Below, piece by piece: positions 1 through 9,886 of a DNA stretch of 39,099 nt. The stretch spans positions 1 through 39,099 of IMG/VR virus record IMGVR_UViG_3300036904_000072; one strand, 5' to 3'. Position 1 is the stretch's first letter, and each line of letters begins with the position of its first letter. The position numbers and the translations under genes were made by a program. The notes under the pieces were generated by a model. That model made no database searches, was not told the origin of the DNA, and saw nothing but the letters and a program-made list of their open reading frames with translations. The DNA is from a virus (Duplodnaviria > Caudoviricetes).

Positions 1-120
1 TATTAAATGATTTTTGCCTTTTTTCTGTTTTTCCCAAAGCACTTTTTTCCCGTTGCATACGCTCCAAAGATTCAGCCAGCCGTTCTTTGCCAACTTCCTT
101 ACCAGTAGCTAAATCAGCAA
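1..120. repeat. Terminal direct repeat (circular assembly overlap), copy 1
   Basis: Bases 1-120 are identical to 38963-39082. Confidence 0.97.
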
Positions 121-1702
121 CCGCATTTTGTTGGTGCTGTATAAGTCTTTTAATATGAGGATTAAGATCCACATACTTTTGCGTAAGTTCATTGGGCTTT
201 AAAAGATTTTCAGGCTTAGCGGCATGCGACTGTCCAACGACAAGGCGTTGTAATTCCGGATCTCGTTTTATTAGCTCGTCAATAATAGCATTCCCAGAAC
301 GTGTACCCCTCAGGTAATTAATCATGTTCTTAGACGTAGAACCTGTTTTCTTCATTTCAATATACATGGGGTTCTTGTTTAGCGGTGCTACTTGTGTTGC
401 GTATTGTCGGTTGATTTCTTTAAGCTTAGAAACAGGATTGCTTGGCAGCTGATCGGCCATCACCTGTTCCATTTTTTCATATTCAACCTTCATATCACGC
501 GCTTTCTTGAGCCATTCTTCTTTTTCTTTTGGCGATACACCATAGGTATTTGCATGCTCATTGGCTTTATCATATTGGTGCTTAACTTCACGATAAGCAT
601 TAAGGAAATCTTTAGCGCCAATTTCTGTTTGACCCTTCGATGCTTGTTTCTGCAATGCCCTCATTAAAGATTTTTGTTCATCTTCTGTAGCAGTACCAAA
701 ACCAAGTTCAGCAACAGACTTTTTAATATCAGCTAGATTTATATCCTTAGGAACCTTCACCATCTGACCATCTATTTCATTACCAAGCTGCTGGTATTGA
801 CTTCCAATCATTTTACGCAAACCGCCTTCACGCTTGCCTGTTTTTGGGTTTACAGTACCTTCAACATGATTAACAATTCTTTCAGCCGCCATTACATCAT
901 GAGGCTGGCCTTCACCTAAATGCTCTTGAATTGCATTTTGTACATTTTCTAACTGCTGTTGCTCATAAGGAGCTTTTTCATTTGCCTCAGCCATTTCATG
1001 TTCTTGCAATGCTTTATTGAAGGCCTCTTGGCGCGTGCCTAAGCTGCGCTCTTTAACAGCACTAGCAACGCCTGGTATTTCGCTTGCCGCGCCAACAGCA
1101 GCACCAGCAAGCCTGTTTTGAGGGCTTAACAATGCGCCTGTGGAACTAGATGCTAATAATGACTTTAACAGCTCAGGAATTTTGGCAGCACCAGGAATTG
1201 CTTCTGTAGCACCGCGGAACCCCTGGTACATGGCCTGAGCAGGCTTGCCAACAGTTGCTAGACTACCTAGTATTTCGGCGGGTTGGTTTAGGCTTATACC
1301 TTCTGGCAATCCAGGAATGTTTTGGGTAAAAGGTAATGGGGTTCTTGGAACCTCATGCTCTAAAACAGAAGGCATTTGAAATTCTGGTGCCCCAGGAATC
1401 AAGGATTGTGCCGCCTCTGCTAGTTGTGGTACTCCACGCAACAAGCCCCTGGCAGCCGATGGAAATCCTAAAGACTGCACTGCCTGGTTAAATGGCTCAG
1501 CAACTTTAGCGGCAGCATTTACACCAGCATTCAACGCAGGATAATTTTGTAATTGTTCTGCAAGCTTTGCTATAAGCGGATGCTCCACTTCTTTTTTCTT
1601 AGGCACAACATAGCCACCGAATTCAGCAAATTCATTGTCATTTTGTGGTTGAACCACATGGCCGCCAAACTCTTCAAATTCATTCTTTGCATTTGCCATC
1701 AT
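1..1702 (-). CDS. Large ejection/DNA-injection protein (P22 gp16 position), about 591 aa; wraps the origin and ends at TAA 38889-38891
   Basis: Absent from the ORF track because it runs off the end. Starts MMANAKNEFEEFGGHVV. Frame spot-checked at 1081-1120 and across the junction (...KSFNNKLRYGAGTIGGLLAEELYRRSGR*). Third gene after the gp10-like hub. Confidence 0.7.
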   Translation of the reverse strand, partial: MMANAKNEFEEFGGHVVQPQNDNEFAEFGGYVVPKKKEVEHPLIAKLAEQLQNYPALNAGVNAAAKVAEPFNQAVQSLGFPSAARGLLRGVPQLAEAAQSLIPGAPEFQMPSVLEHEVPRTPLPFTQNIPGLPEGISLNQPAEILGSLATVGKPAQAMYQGFRGATEAIPGAAKIPELLKSLLASSSTGALLSPQNRLAGAAVGAASEIPGVASAVKERSLGTRQEAFNKALQEHEMAEANEKAPYEQQQLENVQNAIQEHLGEGQPHDVMAAERIVNHVEGTVNPKTGKREGGLRKMIGSQYQQLGNEIDGQMVKVPKDINLADIKKSVAELGFGTATEDEQKSLMRALQKQASKGQTEIGAKDFLNAYREVKHQYDKANEHANTYGVSPKEKEEWLKKARDMKVEYEKMEQVMADQLPSNPVSKLKEINRQYATQVAPLNKNPMYIEMKKTGSTSKNMINYLRGTRSGNAIIDELIKRDPELQRLVVGQSHAAKPENLLKPNELTQKYVDLNPHIKRLIQHQQNAVADLATGKEVGKERLAESLERMQREKSALGKTEKRQKSFN

Positions 1703-1711
1703 CTAACCTTT

Positions 1712-2785
1712 TTATAATGGTTTAGCACCAGGGTATTTTTTTAAGAAATCCGCATGCTTTTCTGCCAGTATCGTTACCTGTCTGCCATCAGGAAGCTGAA
1801 ACATTTCCATAGCACCTTGCGGGGTTGTAGTATTTTCAGGCGCAAAACTTTCTTCTTGGTCATTATCAATTTTGATACCTTGCTCACCAATAATCTTGTT
1901 TGCCTGTTTGCCACGGGATAGCAATCGCTTAAGCTCTTTCATTTCGCGCTTTTCAAATGCCTTATCACCCTCACCAGGACGCTCTGTGAGTACGTCATGA
2001 ATTTCCTTTTGTGATAACCCATAATGAGTTCTAAGTTCACGCTCAAGCTCTGCTTTTAGGCGTTGTCTTTCAGCATTTTTCTCAGCGTACCCAGCACCAC
2101 CAAGCTTTTCAGGTATCTTTTCCAAACCAAATACTTTTTGCAAACCGCCAGCTAATTCCGACTTTAACAGCTTACCTTCACCACTAGGTTGCAAGAATGG
2201 CTTGGATGCTTTGATGTATGCTGGCAAGAGACTCTTGATATTAGGTTCACCAGTTAATGCCTGGGTGTGTTCTGCGTAATTCTCAGGCGGTATAACAAGC
2301 TGTCCATTTTCGTCATAATATGGTTTGCCGCCACTTATTTTAGCTTGCCTAGCTTGGTTCATGTACGATTGCTGAATGGGGTTGGTTTGCGAAGCACCTT
2401 GTTGCTCTTGTTGCGGTTGTTGTGCTTGCGCCTGCTCTTCTGGCCTCGATTGTAAATGCAATGCCTGAGCCAAATGAGATAATAGCCCTTGATGTTGCTG
2501 TTGGCCGCCACCCAAACCACCGCCATATTGTGACAATATAGACGATAATAATTGTCTAGCTTGGTCACCTTGTGGGCCGGCAAATCCTTGTGCCATAGGG
2601 CTTGTAGATAAAGCTGCAAGAGGCGTTAGTGTTTTGCTCAATATATCCGCTTCAGCCTGCGGCCTAGCATACCGTGCTTTAGTAATACCCTGGTATTGTT
2701 CCAAAGCCTTAGACAGCACACTATTCCAAGGGTTAGCTTGCTCAGGCGTAGGCGCTTTGTAATCGAAAAATGTACCAACCATCAT
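1712..2785 (-). CDS. Ejection/DNA transfer protein (P22 gp20 position)
   Basis: Q/G/A-rich helical 357 aa; synteny with P22-like ejection genes. Confidence 0.55.
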   Translation of the reverse strand: MMVGTFFDYKAPTPEQANPWNSVLSKALEQYQGITKARYARPQAEADILSKTLTPLAALSTSPMAQGFAGPQGDQARQLLSSILSQYGGGLGGGQQQHQGLLSHLAQALHLQSRPEEQAQAQQPQQEQQGASQTNPIQQSYMNQARQAKISGGKPYYDENGQLVIPPENYAEHTQALTGEPNIKSLLPAYIKASKPFLQPSGEGKLLKSELAGGLQKVFGLEKIPEKLGGAGYAEKNAERQRLKAELERELRTHYGLSQKEIHDVLTERPGEGDKAFEKREMKELKRLLSRGKQANKIIGEQGIKIDNDQEESFAPENTTTPQGAMEMFQLPDGRQVTILAEKHADFLKKYPGAKPL

Positions 2786-2791
2786 AACCCC

Positions 2792-3406
2792 TTATAAGAA
2801 CATAGATGCGCCACCAAGCACATTACCAAACGCATTACCCCAACTTTGGTTTTTACCTTTCTGGTCTTCCGCTGCAATTTGTGCTTGTTGTGCTAGTTGT
2901 TGAGCAATAAGATTCGATTTGTTAGTTGCCGCATTTGAACCCATTTGCGCCATACCTTGCTCGCCAGTTAGCCCCTGGTCATACAATCCAGTAGCGTGCC
3001 CTAACCAATTGTAATAATCTTGGTTTGCAAGGTTAGTAGCTAATTGCATGTTGTTTTGTGAATGCTCAGGGCTTCCCGCCATACCGCCCGCAGCTGCTGC
3101 GTGACCTGCACCTTGTAAGGCTTGTTGTAATGCAAATTGGAAACCAGGGGATTGCTGAAAGCTGCCTCCAATATCGTTAAGCTTGCCGCCAGGATTATTA
3201 AGCAAATCACCATATTGCCCTTGCAAAGCACCAAGAGATTGTTTGCCGGCATTCATGTACGGGTTTAAAGGCTTACCAGCTTGTTGTGAAATCTGGGAAA
3301 GATACGGATTTGCAGCCTGACCTGGTGTTGTTTGGTTGCCAAACATACCGGCCAACCCTGAACCAATACTTGCGCCACCAAAATAATTATCTAAATTCAT
3401 AGTCAT
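2792..3406 (-). CDS. DNA transfer/ejection protein (P22 gp7-like)
   Basis: G/Q/A-rich; LNPYMNAG and SPGFQFALQQ segments typical of gp7-like proteins; synteny. Confidence 0.7.
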   Translation of the reverse strand: MTMNLDNYFGGASIGSGLAGMFGNQTTPGQAANPYLSQISQQAGKPLNPYMNAGKQSLGALQGQYGDLLNNPGGKLNDIGGSFQQSPGFQFALQQALQGAGHAAAAGGMAGSPEHSQNNMQLATNLANQDYYNWLGHATGLYDQGLTGEQGMAQMGSNAATNKSNLIAQQLAQQAQIAAEDQKGKNQSWGNAFGNVLGGASMFL

Positions 3407-3419
3407 TCCTTAACTATTA

Positions 3420-3926
3420 TTACAGAGCCGTCCAGGCTGCCGTACTTGTGGAACCAGCTGTACTACAACAGTATAATACATGATTCGTAATATCTAAACA
3501 TAACCAGTTCAAAACACCTGCCACAGAACCATTGGGATTACCTGCATTAGTCAACATTACAGCTAAAGGCACCCACTCAGCCAATGTCACATTACTACTA
3601 CTATCTTGTGCTATAACAAACTGGTTGGTAATTTGTGTATCTTTATCATAAACAGTCTGCCCGCTAATATCTGGTTGAGCCATAGTTAAACTATTGTATG
3701 ATTCACCTATATATTGCGTATATAGATTCTGAATAGTCGTCATACTACTAGCCGTCAATGGTGGTAATCGTATGCCTTCATTACGGTAATTCTCTTGTAA
3801 AGCCTGGTATAATGCCGACAAACCCAAATCCCATAACGGCATGAGGTTACCCTCCTTGTCCACCATCGGCCTTTCACGGGGCATGTCTGGAAATAATGCT
3901 TGCTGGTTATTTTCGATTAATGCCAT
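3420..3926 (-). CDS. Putative virion/tail protein
   Basis: Between gp10-like and gp7-like genes; C-terminal GNPNGSVAG...YCCSTAG...WT motif seen in virion proteins. Confidence 0.5.
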   Translation of the reverse strand: MALIENNQQALFPDMPRERPMVDKEGNLMPLWDLGLSALYQALQENYRNEGIRLPPLTASSMTTIQNLYTQYIGESYNSLTMAQPDISGQTVYDKDTQITNQFVIAQDSSSNVTLAEWVPLAVMLTNAGNPNGSVAGVLNWLCLDITNHVLYCCSTAGSTSTAAWTAL

Positions 3927-3928
3927 TT

Positions 3929-5626
3929 TTAATACCTTATATTGACAACGCCATCTGTTACAACGAACCTACCGCAACCAACGAATTTGAACATGGGAAC
4001 AAAATCATTACCCCAACCACCTTGCCACCAACGCATAAGGTTACGCCTATAACCAACGCCTGGAAGCTGATACGCCCATTCAGAGCCAAATACAGCACCA
4101 CCATCATAGGACATTGAAAAACAAACCTTAGGTGTTTCTTGGAATAGATTTTCTGTCTCATCAAGCAGATTAAATTGCTCATTGCTTAATAAATAAAAAG
4201 GCTCGTTTGACAATAATTCCCATGGTATAGGCGTTGAAGTGCCATTCTGTTGGTAATAAGGTGTTTCACCAGATTCAATCGTAAAACCAATATCATTAAG
4301 AATAAAAGGCTCTTGTGACGGTAATCTAATGTTCTTGCAAATTCGTAAGCGCGGAATAATAAACTTCGCGGTAGTTGTTGTGTTTGTTGCAACCACATCC
4401 TCATACGTTGTAAACGCTGTATCAAACGCATATAAATTACCACTATTCTTAGAGACAAAATAATACTGGTTCTGTATAAAGGCAATTTCAGCGGCTATGA
4501 AATAATTCATGTTCTGGTCACAGGCATGATAAAACCTACCAACCTCGCCATTGCCAGGAGACGGGAAGTCGTAAAACAATGATAAATTGTCGTAATAGAA
4601 ATTAATATGGTATATCAAATGACCATCTTGCCTATAGAGAAAACCTTGGCTGTCTTCTGGTTTTTGTAGTTCTGAGAATAGTTGGTCAATACCGTCAGTC
4701 GTTATCTTCTTCGGCATGCCACCGTCACTATACATAATGATAGGGCCTGACTTCTCGTTTGCCGCAAGCCAAACAACTATCTCGTCCATGTAAGCTACAG
4801 AGGCCGGGGACAAGCAGCCATAGTCTATGTTGTATTGGTTTTGACGCTGGTATGGAAACTGTTGGGCTCCTGTATCAAACCATGATTCCGTGACAATGCT
4901 GCCCATAACGAAAATCATGTTTCCTTTTGAAGGAAACCTTACTACTGCTTGCACGTTATCGGGTTTGGTTTGCAATAACCCTACATTACCGAAGGCATAT
5001 GGCCATGCGTTCATGGTTGGATCGTCAGGATCGTCAGGATTTACATAGCCTTCATTTTGTAACGACAACCGCCATGTATTGTTTTGCACAACTCCAGTTC
5101 CTGAGCCGGTATCGTTACTTGCAGCTGCGATGAAATACGAATCATGGAACGTTATATATCCTGGGGTGAAATCAAGATTAGGCACTATCTTTACTGTTTT
5201 TACGTCACTGTTAGGATCGTAAATATATAAGTTCCTGTTATCGGATATTAATATTTGTGGCTTGTTGTTTTCGGTAATATATACAGGGCCGCTAAAGGTC
5301 TCTACTTGACCTATATTAAATATCTGCTCATAAGTAGGCTTATTTAGAACTTGGTCGTAGTTTATATTTACAAGATATACCTGGTTGCTTATAACAACCA
5401 CGAGGCTACCTAATTTTGTGGATGTGAATATGCCTCGACCCTCTTTGCCATTACCTAATAATCTTGCTGGTATTATGATTTCGTAGCCGGCGTAGTCTAC
5501 TAGAAAGTTATCGCTTATGAACATGTTGTATGTTTTTTCAACACTTATTTTTGGGTATCTACCAAATGTACTAGAACCAACCACATTGAGTGGTATTTGT
5601 TGAAAATTTTGACCACGTGTAATCAT
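3929..5626 (-). CDS. Tail hub / packaged-DNA stabilisation protein (P22 gp10-like)
   Basis: 565 aa, beta-propeller-like; ESWFDTG..FPYQR, IDYGC and SYDGG..FG motifs; follows the gp4-like gene. Confidence 0.8.
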   Translation of the reverse strand: MITRGQNFQQIPLNVVGSSTFGRYPKISVEKTYNMFISDNFLVDYAGYEIIIPARLLGNGKEGRGIFTSTKLGSLVVVISNQVYLVNINYDQVLNKPTYEQIFNIGQVETFSGPVYITENNKPQILISDNRNLYIYDPNSDVKTVKIVPNLDFTPGYITFHDSYFIAAASNDTGSGTGVVQNNTWRLSLQNEGYVNPDDPDDPTMNAWPYAFGNVGLLQTKPDNVQAVVRFPSKGNMIFVMGSIVTESWFDTGAQQFPYQRQNQYNIDYGCLSPASVAYMDEIVVWLAANEKSGPIIMYSDGGMPKKITTDGIDQLFSELQKPEDSQGFLYRQDGHLIYHINFYYDNLSLFYDFPSPGNGEVGRFYHACDQNMNYFIAAEIAFIQNQYYFVSKNSGNLYAFDTAFTTYEDVVATNTTTTAKFIIPRLRICKNIRLPSQEPFILNDIGFTIESGETPYYQQNGTSTPIPWELLSNEPFYLLSNEQFNLLDETENLFQETPKVCFSMSYDGGAVFGSEWAYQLPGVGYRRNLMRWWQGGWGNDFVPMFKFVGCGRFVVTDGVVNIRY

Positions 5627-5644
5627 GCGGACTCCATCCTTTTC

Positions 5645-6400
5645 TTATGAGGGGCGCCATCCCCTTCCGAGGTTGACGTCCGCCCAAGAATAGCCTGGCA
5701 TGCTATCAGCACTTAGAATCGTAGTCTTTTTGAGCGACAAATCAGGCGGCTCCATATACATAAGCTTGCGAGCATATGATTGGTATATCTTTTCTGACTC
5801 AGGATTAAACATAATGCCATATTCTGAGCACATGTATCTTGATAACGCATATCGTAAAAATTCTATGTAGCTTGTATCGTATCCCTGGTTAGCTGTAGTA
5901 GGGAAAGTATAAGGTACTGTCTCGGAGACGTTCGTCAAATCTGTCTGCAGCGTCACGTCAACCAAAAACAACTTAACCATCATCTTTAATGGGTAAGCCT
6001 GGTCTGGTAAGAAATAGAAACCAATAGTACCACCGCCTTGACCTCGGTTATAATTCCACGTAAACGGCAGTGTTTGGATATTGTCTACGCGAGATGATGC
6101 ATAATAGGCGGTCCTTGATGTGCTAATAGTTGGGTATCTTACAACACCAAGGTTAAAAGTAGCAGACTCAACTAATGCTACATAAGGAAGGTAATAGAAT
6201 TCCTGTCCTGGAACCATCGCCATTTCTATATAGGTATAATAGGGAATAAGATCGGTCTCAATCTGCTTAAAGTTTAACAAATCATTAAGCATTCGAAGAC
6301 CGTCATTGATTTGGTCACCAGTGGGATATTGCAAGTTGCGTGCAACAATCCCCGACAAAAACCAGGAGCGCGTTATTAAATCTTGTGCAGTATAAGCCAT
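5645..6400 (-). CDS. Head-to-tail adaptor (P22 gp4-like)
   Basis: N-terminal TAQDLITRS..LSG..DGLRMLNDLL and C-terminal LRYALS..MCSEYG; synteny. Confidence 0.75.
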   Translation of the reverse strand: MAYTAQDLITRSWFLSGIVARNLQYPTGDQINDGLRMLNDLLNFKQIETDLIPYYTYIEMAMVPGQEFYYLPYVALVESATFNLGVVRYPTISTSRTAYYASSRVDNIQTLPFTWNYNRGQGGGTIGFYFLPDQAYPLKMMVKLFLVDVTLQTDLTNVSETVPYTFPTTANQGYDTSYIEFLRYALSRYMCSEYGIMFNPESEKIYQSYARKLMYMEPPDLSLKKTTILSADSMPGYSWADVNLGRGWRPS

Positions 6401-6419
6401 AATACACGCTCCTTTGTTG

Positions 6420-7277
6420 TTACACTAATGCAGGATATGCACTATTAGATACGCCAGCCCATTCAATTACAGACACAGATACAGCATCAGAACTTGAAGT
6501 GACTAGGTAATCAATCTCAGGTTTAGAGCTTCCAACACCTGCAATTACTTGGATATATTGGGATTGCGCAATTCCTGCAACCAGACCTGTAATGGTAGGT
6601 AAACCACCAGTAGCAGAGGATCCAGTAGGTCTAAACTGCACAACATCTCCAACAGCCGCAGGAGTAAAGGTTACAAGCAACGTAACTATCACGTTCGGCA
6701 ATGTAGTGGTTGGAACCGCGCTACTAGCTGTCAAATCAATAGCTGTAAAAGTAGTTGCATTACCGCCAGACAATACAGATATTGCAGGCACATTGAAATA
6801 CACTTGTAATCCAGCAATGTTTTGTGGTTTGTGAGTAGCATATACCCAGTGACTAGAACCATCAGTTTCCCAAAATCCAATTAGGCGATAAGAATCATAG
6901 CCAGAAGGTAATAATGGCGCTATATTGCTTGTCAAACTAATCACAGCAGCCGTGTTATTGTAATTGCGCGAATCATCTATTAAGTAAACAGCGTATTGCG
7001 TAGATGCAGCAATAGTACCTGTATCTAAACCATTCGCGCCATTAACTGCGGAGTTAATCAGCAAACCAGGCTGGTAATTCAAAAATTGTGCTGCAGGATT
7101 GTCAATACCAAAGTAGTTCTGTAATCCTACAACCATGTCAATACTGTTAGTAGAATCACGAGCAGCTCCAGGAGCTACCGACATGACTGTCGTTGATGCT
7201 GCTGACAATTGCAAGCCCTGTACATATAAATGCGGTAATGCATAGACTGCTTCGTTTTGTATTTGTGCTATAGCCAT
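6420..7277 (-). CDS. Putative capsid-associated/structural protein
   Basis: Directly after the coat gene; beta-rich, LPSGY..YRLIG motif. Confidence 0.55.
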   Translation of the reverse strand: MAIAQIQNEAVYALPHLYVQGLQLSAASTTVMSVAPGAARDSTNSIDMVVGLQNYFGIDNPAAQFLNYQPGLLINSAVNGANGLDTGTIAASTQYAVYLIDDSRNYNNTAAVISLTSNIAPLLPSGYDSYRLIGFWETDGSSHWVYATHKPQNIAGLQVYFNVPAISVLSGGNATTFTAIDLTASSAVPTTTLPNVIVTLLVTFTPAAVGDVVQFRPTGSSATGGLPTITGLVAGIAQSQYIQVIAGVGSSKPEIDYLVTSSSDAVSVSVIEWAGVSNSAYPALV

Positions 7278-7303
7278 TTTAATACCCTCTTAAAATTCGT
7301 GTT

Positions 7304-7323
7304 GTGCAGGTAGAAACCTGCAC
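7304..7323 (-). terminator. Hairpin after the coat gene (attenuator or mRNA-stabilising stem)
   Basis: GTGCAGGT-4 nt-ACCTGCAC, 8-bp stem, 10 nt after the coat stop; no immediate U-tract. Confidence 0.45.
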
Positions 7324-7333
7324 GCTAGAACTA

Positions 7334-8650
7334 CTAACCCTGAGATAGCGGAATGACATAACGCATTGAATATTCTGGTACAAGTACTGAACCATGCGTT
7401 TCGTCATATATCATACCGGTTTGGTTTTGTCCGAATAAAGAACCGTAAGTTAGGCGTAACGAACAGCCGGTGTCTTCGTCATACTCGTTAGCAGTGTCAA
7501 AAGGAGATTGCTCAGGCAATTGCGGCATTGCAAGGTAGAATGCTTCACCACCCAATATACCACCGCAACGGTGACTTGGAGGACTAGACATTTGCATTCC
7601 AGCAACAATCGGATTATTAAGATTTTGATTTTGACCACCAGCCCAGTTCAATGCAGGAGTGATAGTAATTGTCACAACACCGGAAGCATTAGAAGCAGCA
7701 TTTGCCGTTGCGCGCACTTGCACAGGATTTGCAGATGGGAAGTGACCAATAAACGTCAAATAACGCATGTTTGGTTGGCCTGATACGCCATCGTTAAACT
7801 GTAGCAAGTCACCTGAGAATATGGCGTTTGCGTCAGATGTTCCAGCGCCGGATAAGGTGATTTGTGTAACGTTTTGACCTGTAGGATCGTTAGTAGAAAC
7901 CACAGTCAAAGTTGTACCATTAACACCCACGTTACCTGCTACATGTATAGGCATTAAGTTAGATTGGTAATACTCAACCAATGGTGTACCAAAATCCCCT
8001 AACTCCCAAGACATCGCAATGTCGTCGTTACGGTTCGGAACGAACTGGTTTAAACCATTACCAACAATACTTGGAACCACAGAATCCGGTAAGTACACTT
8101 TAATACCCTCAGCAACAGAACCATAGTTCTTGAAGAACATAATAGCTTGGGCTAATTGCTGGTAACTAGATAGCGCAGTTGAACCATTGCCAAAATATCT
8201 GTAAGGGCCAGAAAATGTATTCACAGTACCATCAACCTGGCTAGTTACCGCAGATGCCCAGTTTAATGCAATATTGCCTTCAACTTGGGTTGCAAGTTCA
8301 GCAATAAAGATTTTACCAAACACACGCATATAATCTTCTTCCCCTTTTTCTAAGTTGAAGATACGTTGTTGGGAAGTTACAGCAAAAGAACTGTTGTTTG
8401 CTTGGTCGCATGCCAAAGTTTGTACACGCTGTACAGCTGGTTGAAATGCAGCTACAAGACCTGCAACAGTTGTAGCTCTTGGAGGAAGATCGAACGTCAC
8501 CACCGAGCCCAAATTTGCCTGTATCTTGTCGAAGTCTTTGAAACGCGTGTTAGCGGTAGCAATGTGACAGCATAAGTTTTGTAGCAAAGCCAAGCCTGAA
8601 CGTTGATAGGTTTGTACTTGTTGTAAAATATTCGTTGGAAAAACTGCCAT
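7334..8650 (-). CDS. Major capsid protein (P22 gp5-like)
   Basis: Start reassigned to ATG 8650 (AGGAG SD, MAVFPTN); GSVVTFDLPPR motif, internal insertion domain; follows scaffold. Confidence 0.88.
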   Translation of the reverse strand: MAVFPTNILQQVQTYQRSGLALLQNLCCHIATANTRFKDFDKIQANLGSVVTFDLPPRATTVAGLVAAFQPAVQRVQTLACDQANNSSFAVTSQQRIFNLEKGEEDYMRVFGKIFIAELATQVEGNIALNWASAVTSQVDGTVNTFSGPYRYFGNGSTALSSYQQLAQAIMFFKNYGSVAEGIKVYLPDSVVPSIVGNGLNQFVPNRNDDIAMSWELGDFGTPLVEYYQSNLMPIHVAGNVGVNGTTLTVVSTNDPTGQNVTQITLSGAGTSDANAIFSGDLLQFNDGVSGQPNMRYLTFIGHFPSANPVQVRATANAASNASGVVTITITPALNWAGGQNQNLNNPIVAGMQMSSPPSHRCGGILGGEAFYLAMPQLPEQSPFDTANEYDEDTGCSLRLTYGSLFGQNQTGMIYDETHGSVLVPEYSMRYVIPLSQG

Positions 8651-8755
8651 GATAGCCGCTCCTAATAAGTATAAGACCCACACGATTTGAGCATCTACAC
8701 ATACATAGAGAGGCGTGGTGGGTTCATTCAAAGTAGGATTCTGGTTGCTCGTGCA

Positions 8756-9460
8756 TTATGCTTTGTATTTAGCCTTTAAATCTCGCATAGACAACGCACC
8801 GCCTGAATCCGTACCGACGTTAGAAGAACGTTGTTGTGATAAGGGTGCTCTAGGAGTTTTTACAAGACCAGCTGCGTTATTAGCTTTTATAGATTCCGAC
8901 AATCGCTTTAAATCCCACAATGCTTCTTCAGGAAAATCACGTGATGTTTGCTCTATTCTTGCTAATTTAGAACGATTTTTAGATATCTCATACATAACCT
9001 CATCGGCATTGTCTATGTGCTCGGCAAGCATATGTACCGTATTTGGAAAGCGCTCTAACTTGACGTCGTTGGTAACTTGGTCAAAATCATCGAACTTGTC
9101 TTTACCAGTAGCTAATTTATCGTAAAATGTCTTAACGATACGTTTAGCAGCATCTGTCTCGATGCGAGTCTGTTGTTCTGTCATCCATTCGCTACGCAAT
9201 CTAGCCGCCTCTTCACCGGCAAGTTTACGTATCTTCTCTTCTGACATACTGTCATTAGATTGTTGCGTATAGTTGCTGTGTTGTTGCGACTGCGCTGACT
9301 CTTGTTGCGAACGCTTATATTGTTCTACCGCACGAGTAGCCGCTTCGGATTTTGCACGACCTACAATGTCATTTACCTCAGACTGCCTTAACATTTTTTC
9401 TTGCTGCGTTTCAACTGCTGATACTGCTTGTTCTACGACTTGTCCTAAATCATCGCTCAT
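8756..9460 (-). CDS. Scaffolding protein
   Basis: Charged helical 234 aa with basic C-terminus (SMRDLKAKYKA), immediately upstream of coat. Confidence 0.75.
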   Translation of the reverse strand: MSDDLGQVVEQAVSAVETQQEKMLRQSEVNDIVGRAKSEAATRAVEQYKRSQQESAQSQQHSNYTQQSNDSMSEEKIRKLAGEEAARLRSEWMTEQQTRIETDAAKRIVKTFYDKLATGKDKFDDFDQVTNDVKLERFPNTVHMLAEHIDNADEVMYEISKNRSKLARIEQTSRDFPEEALWDLKRLSESIKANNAAGLVKTPRAPLSQQRSSNVGTDSGGALSMRDLKAKYKA

Positions 9461-9602
9461 CTTACGTCCTTTATTAGCTATTACGCCGCTACGCTAGTGC
9501 CCCAATTGAGCTTGGGTATCTGGCTTTATGCCCGTTGCCACGGTATTGCCCTGTTTTATGCTCAGGTAAGCGCATGGCCAGCGTCCTGCCAGCCATATTC
9601 TG

Positions 9603-9631
9603 AATATAGTCTTGGATTTGCACTATTGCAA
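9603..9631 (-). promoter_or_regulatory. Sigma70-like promoter for the scaffold/coat operon
   Basis: TTGCAA-17-TATATT on the minus strand; overlaps palindrome TTTGCA-CTAT-TGCAAA. Confidence 0.5.
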
Positions 9632-9676
9632 AATAGTTGGCGTAAGATTATGATTTCATAATGAAAATGCTAAGGA

Positions 9677-9886
9677 ATGCATGGAATGATTAAAATAATG
9701 GGTGAGTCGTATTTGACGGACAAAGAAGCATCCGAACGCTATGGTTATTCGCAATCTTGGTTTATGCGTGCGCGCACTATGGGTGTTGGGCCTAAGTATA
9801 TACAAATTGCTGAGCATGGTCGTATTTTGTATCCACTTGAGCAGACAGATGAGTGGTTTAAAGAAAGAATGAGGTCAAAGGAATGA
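9677..9886 (+). CDS. AlpA/excisionase-like HTH DNA-binding protein
   Basis: YLTDKEASERYGYSQSWF...R..G.GPKYI...GRILY pattern; true start may be a downstream ATG. Confidence 0.8.
   Translation: MHGMIKIMGESYLTDKEASERYGYSQSWFMRARTMGVGPKYIQIAEHGRILYPLEQTDEWFKERMRSKE

Noticed and set aside
1-120. Biological direct terminal repeat
   Set aside because: It falls inside a coding gene and its size fits an assembler overlap; treated as circularity evidence only
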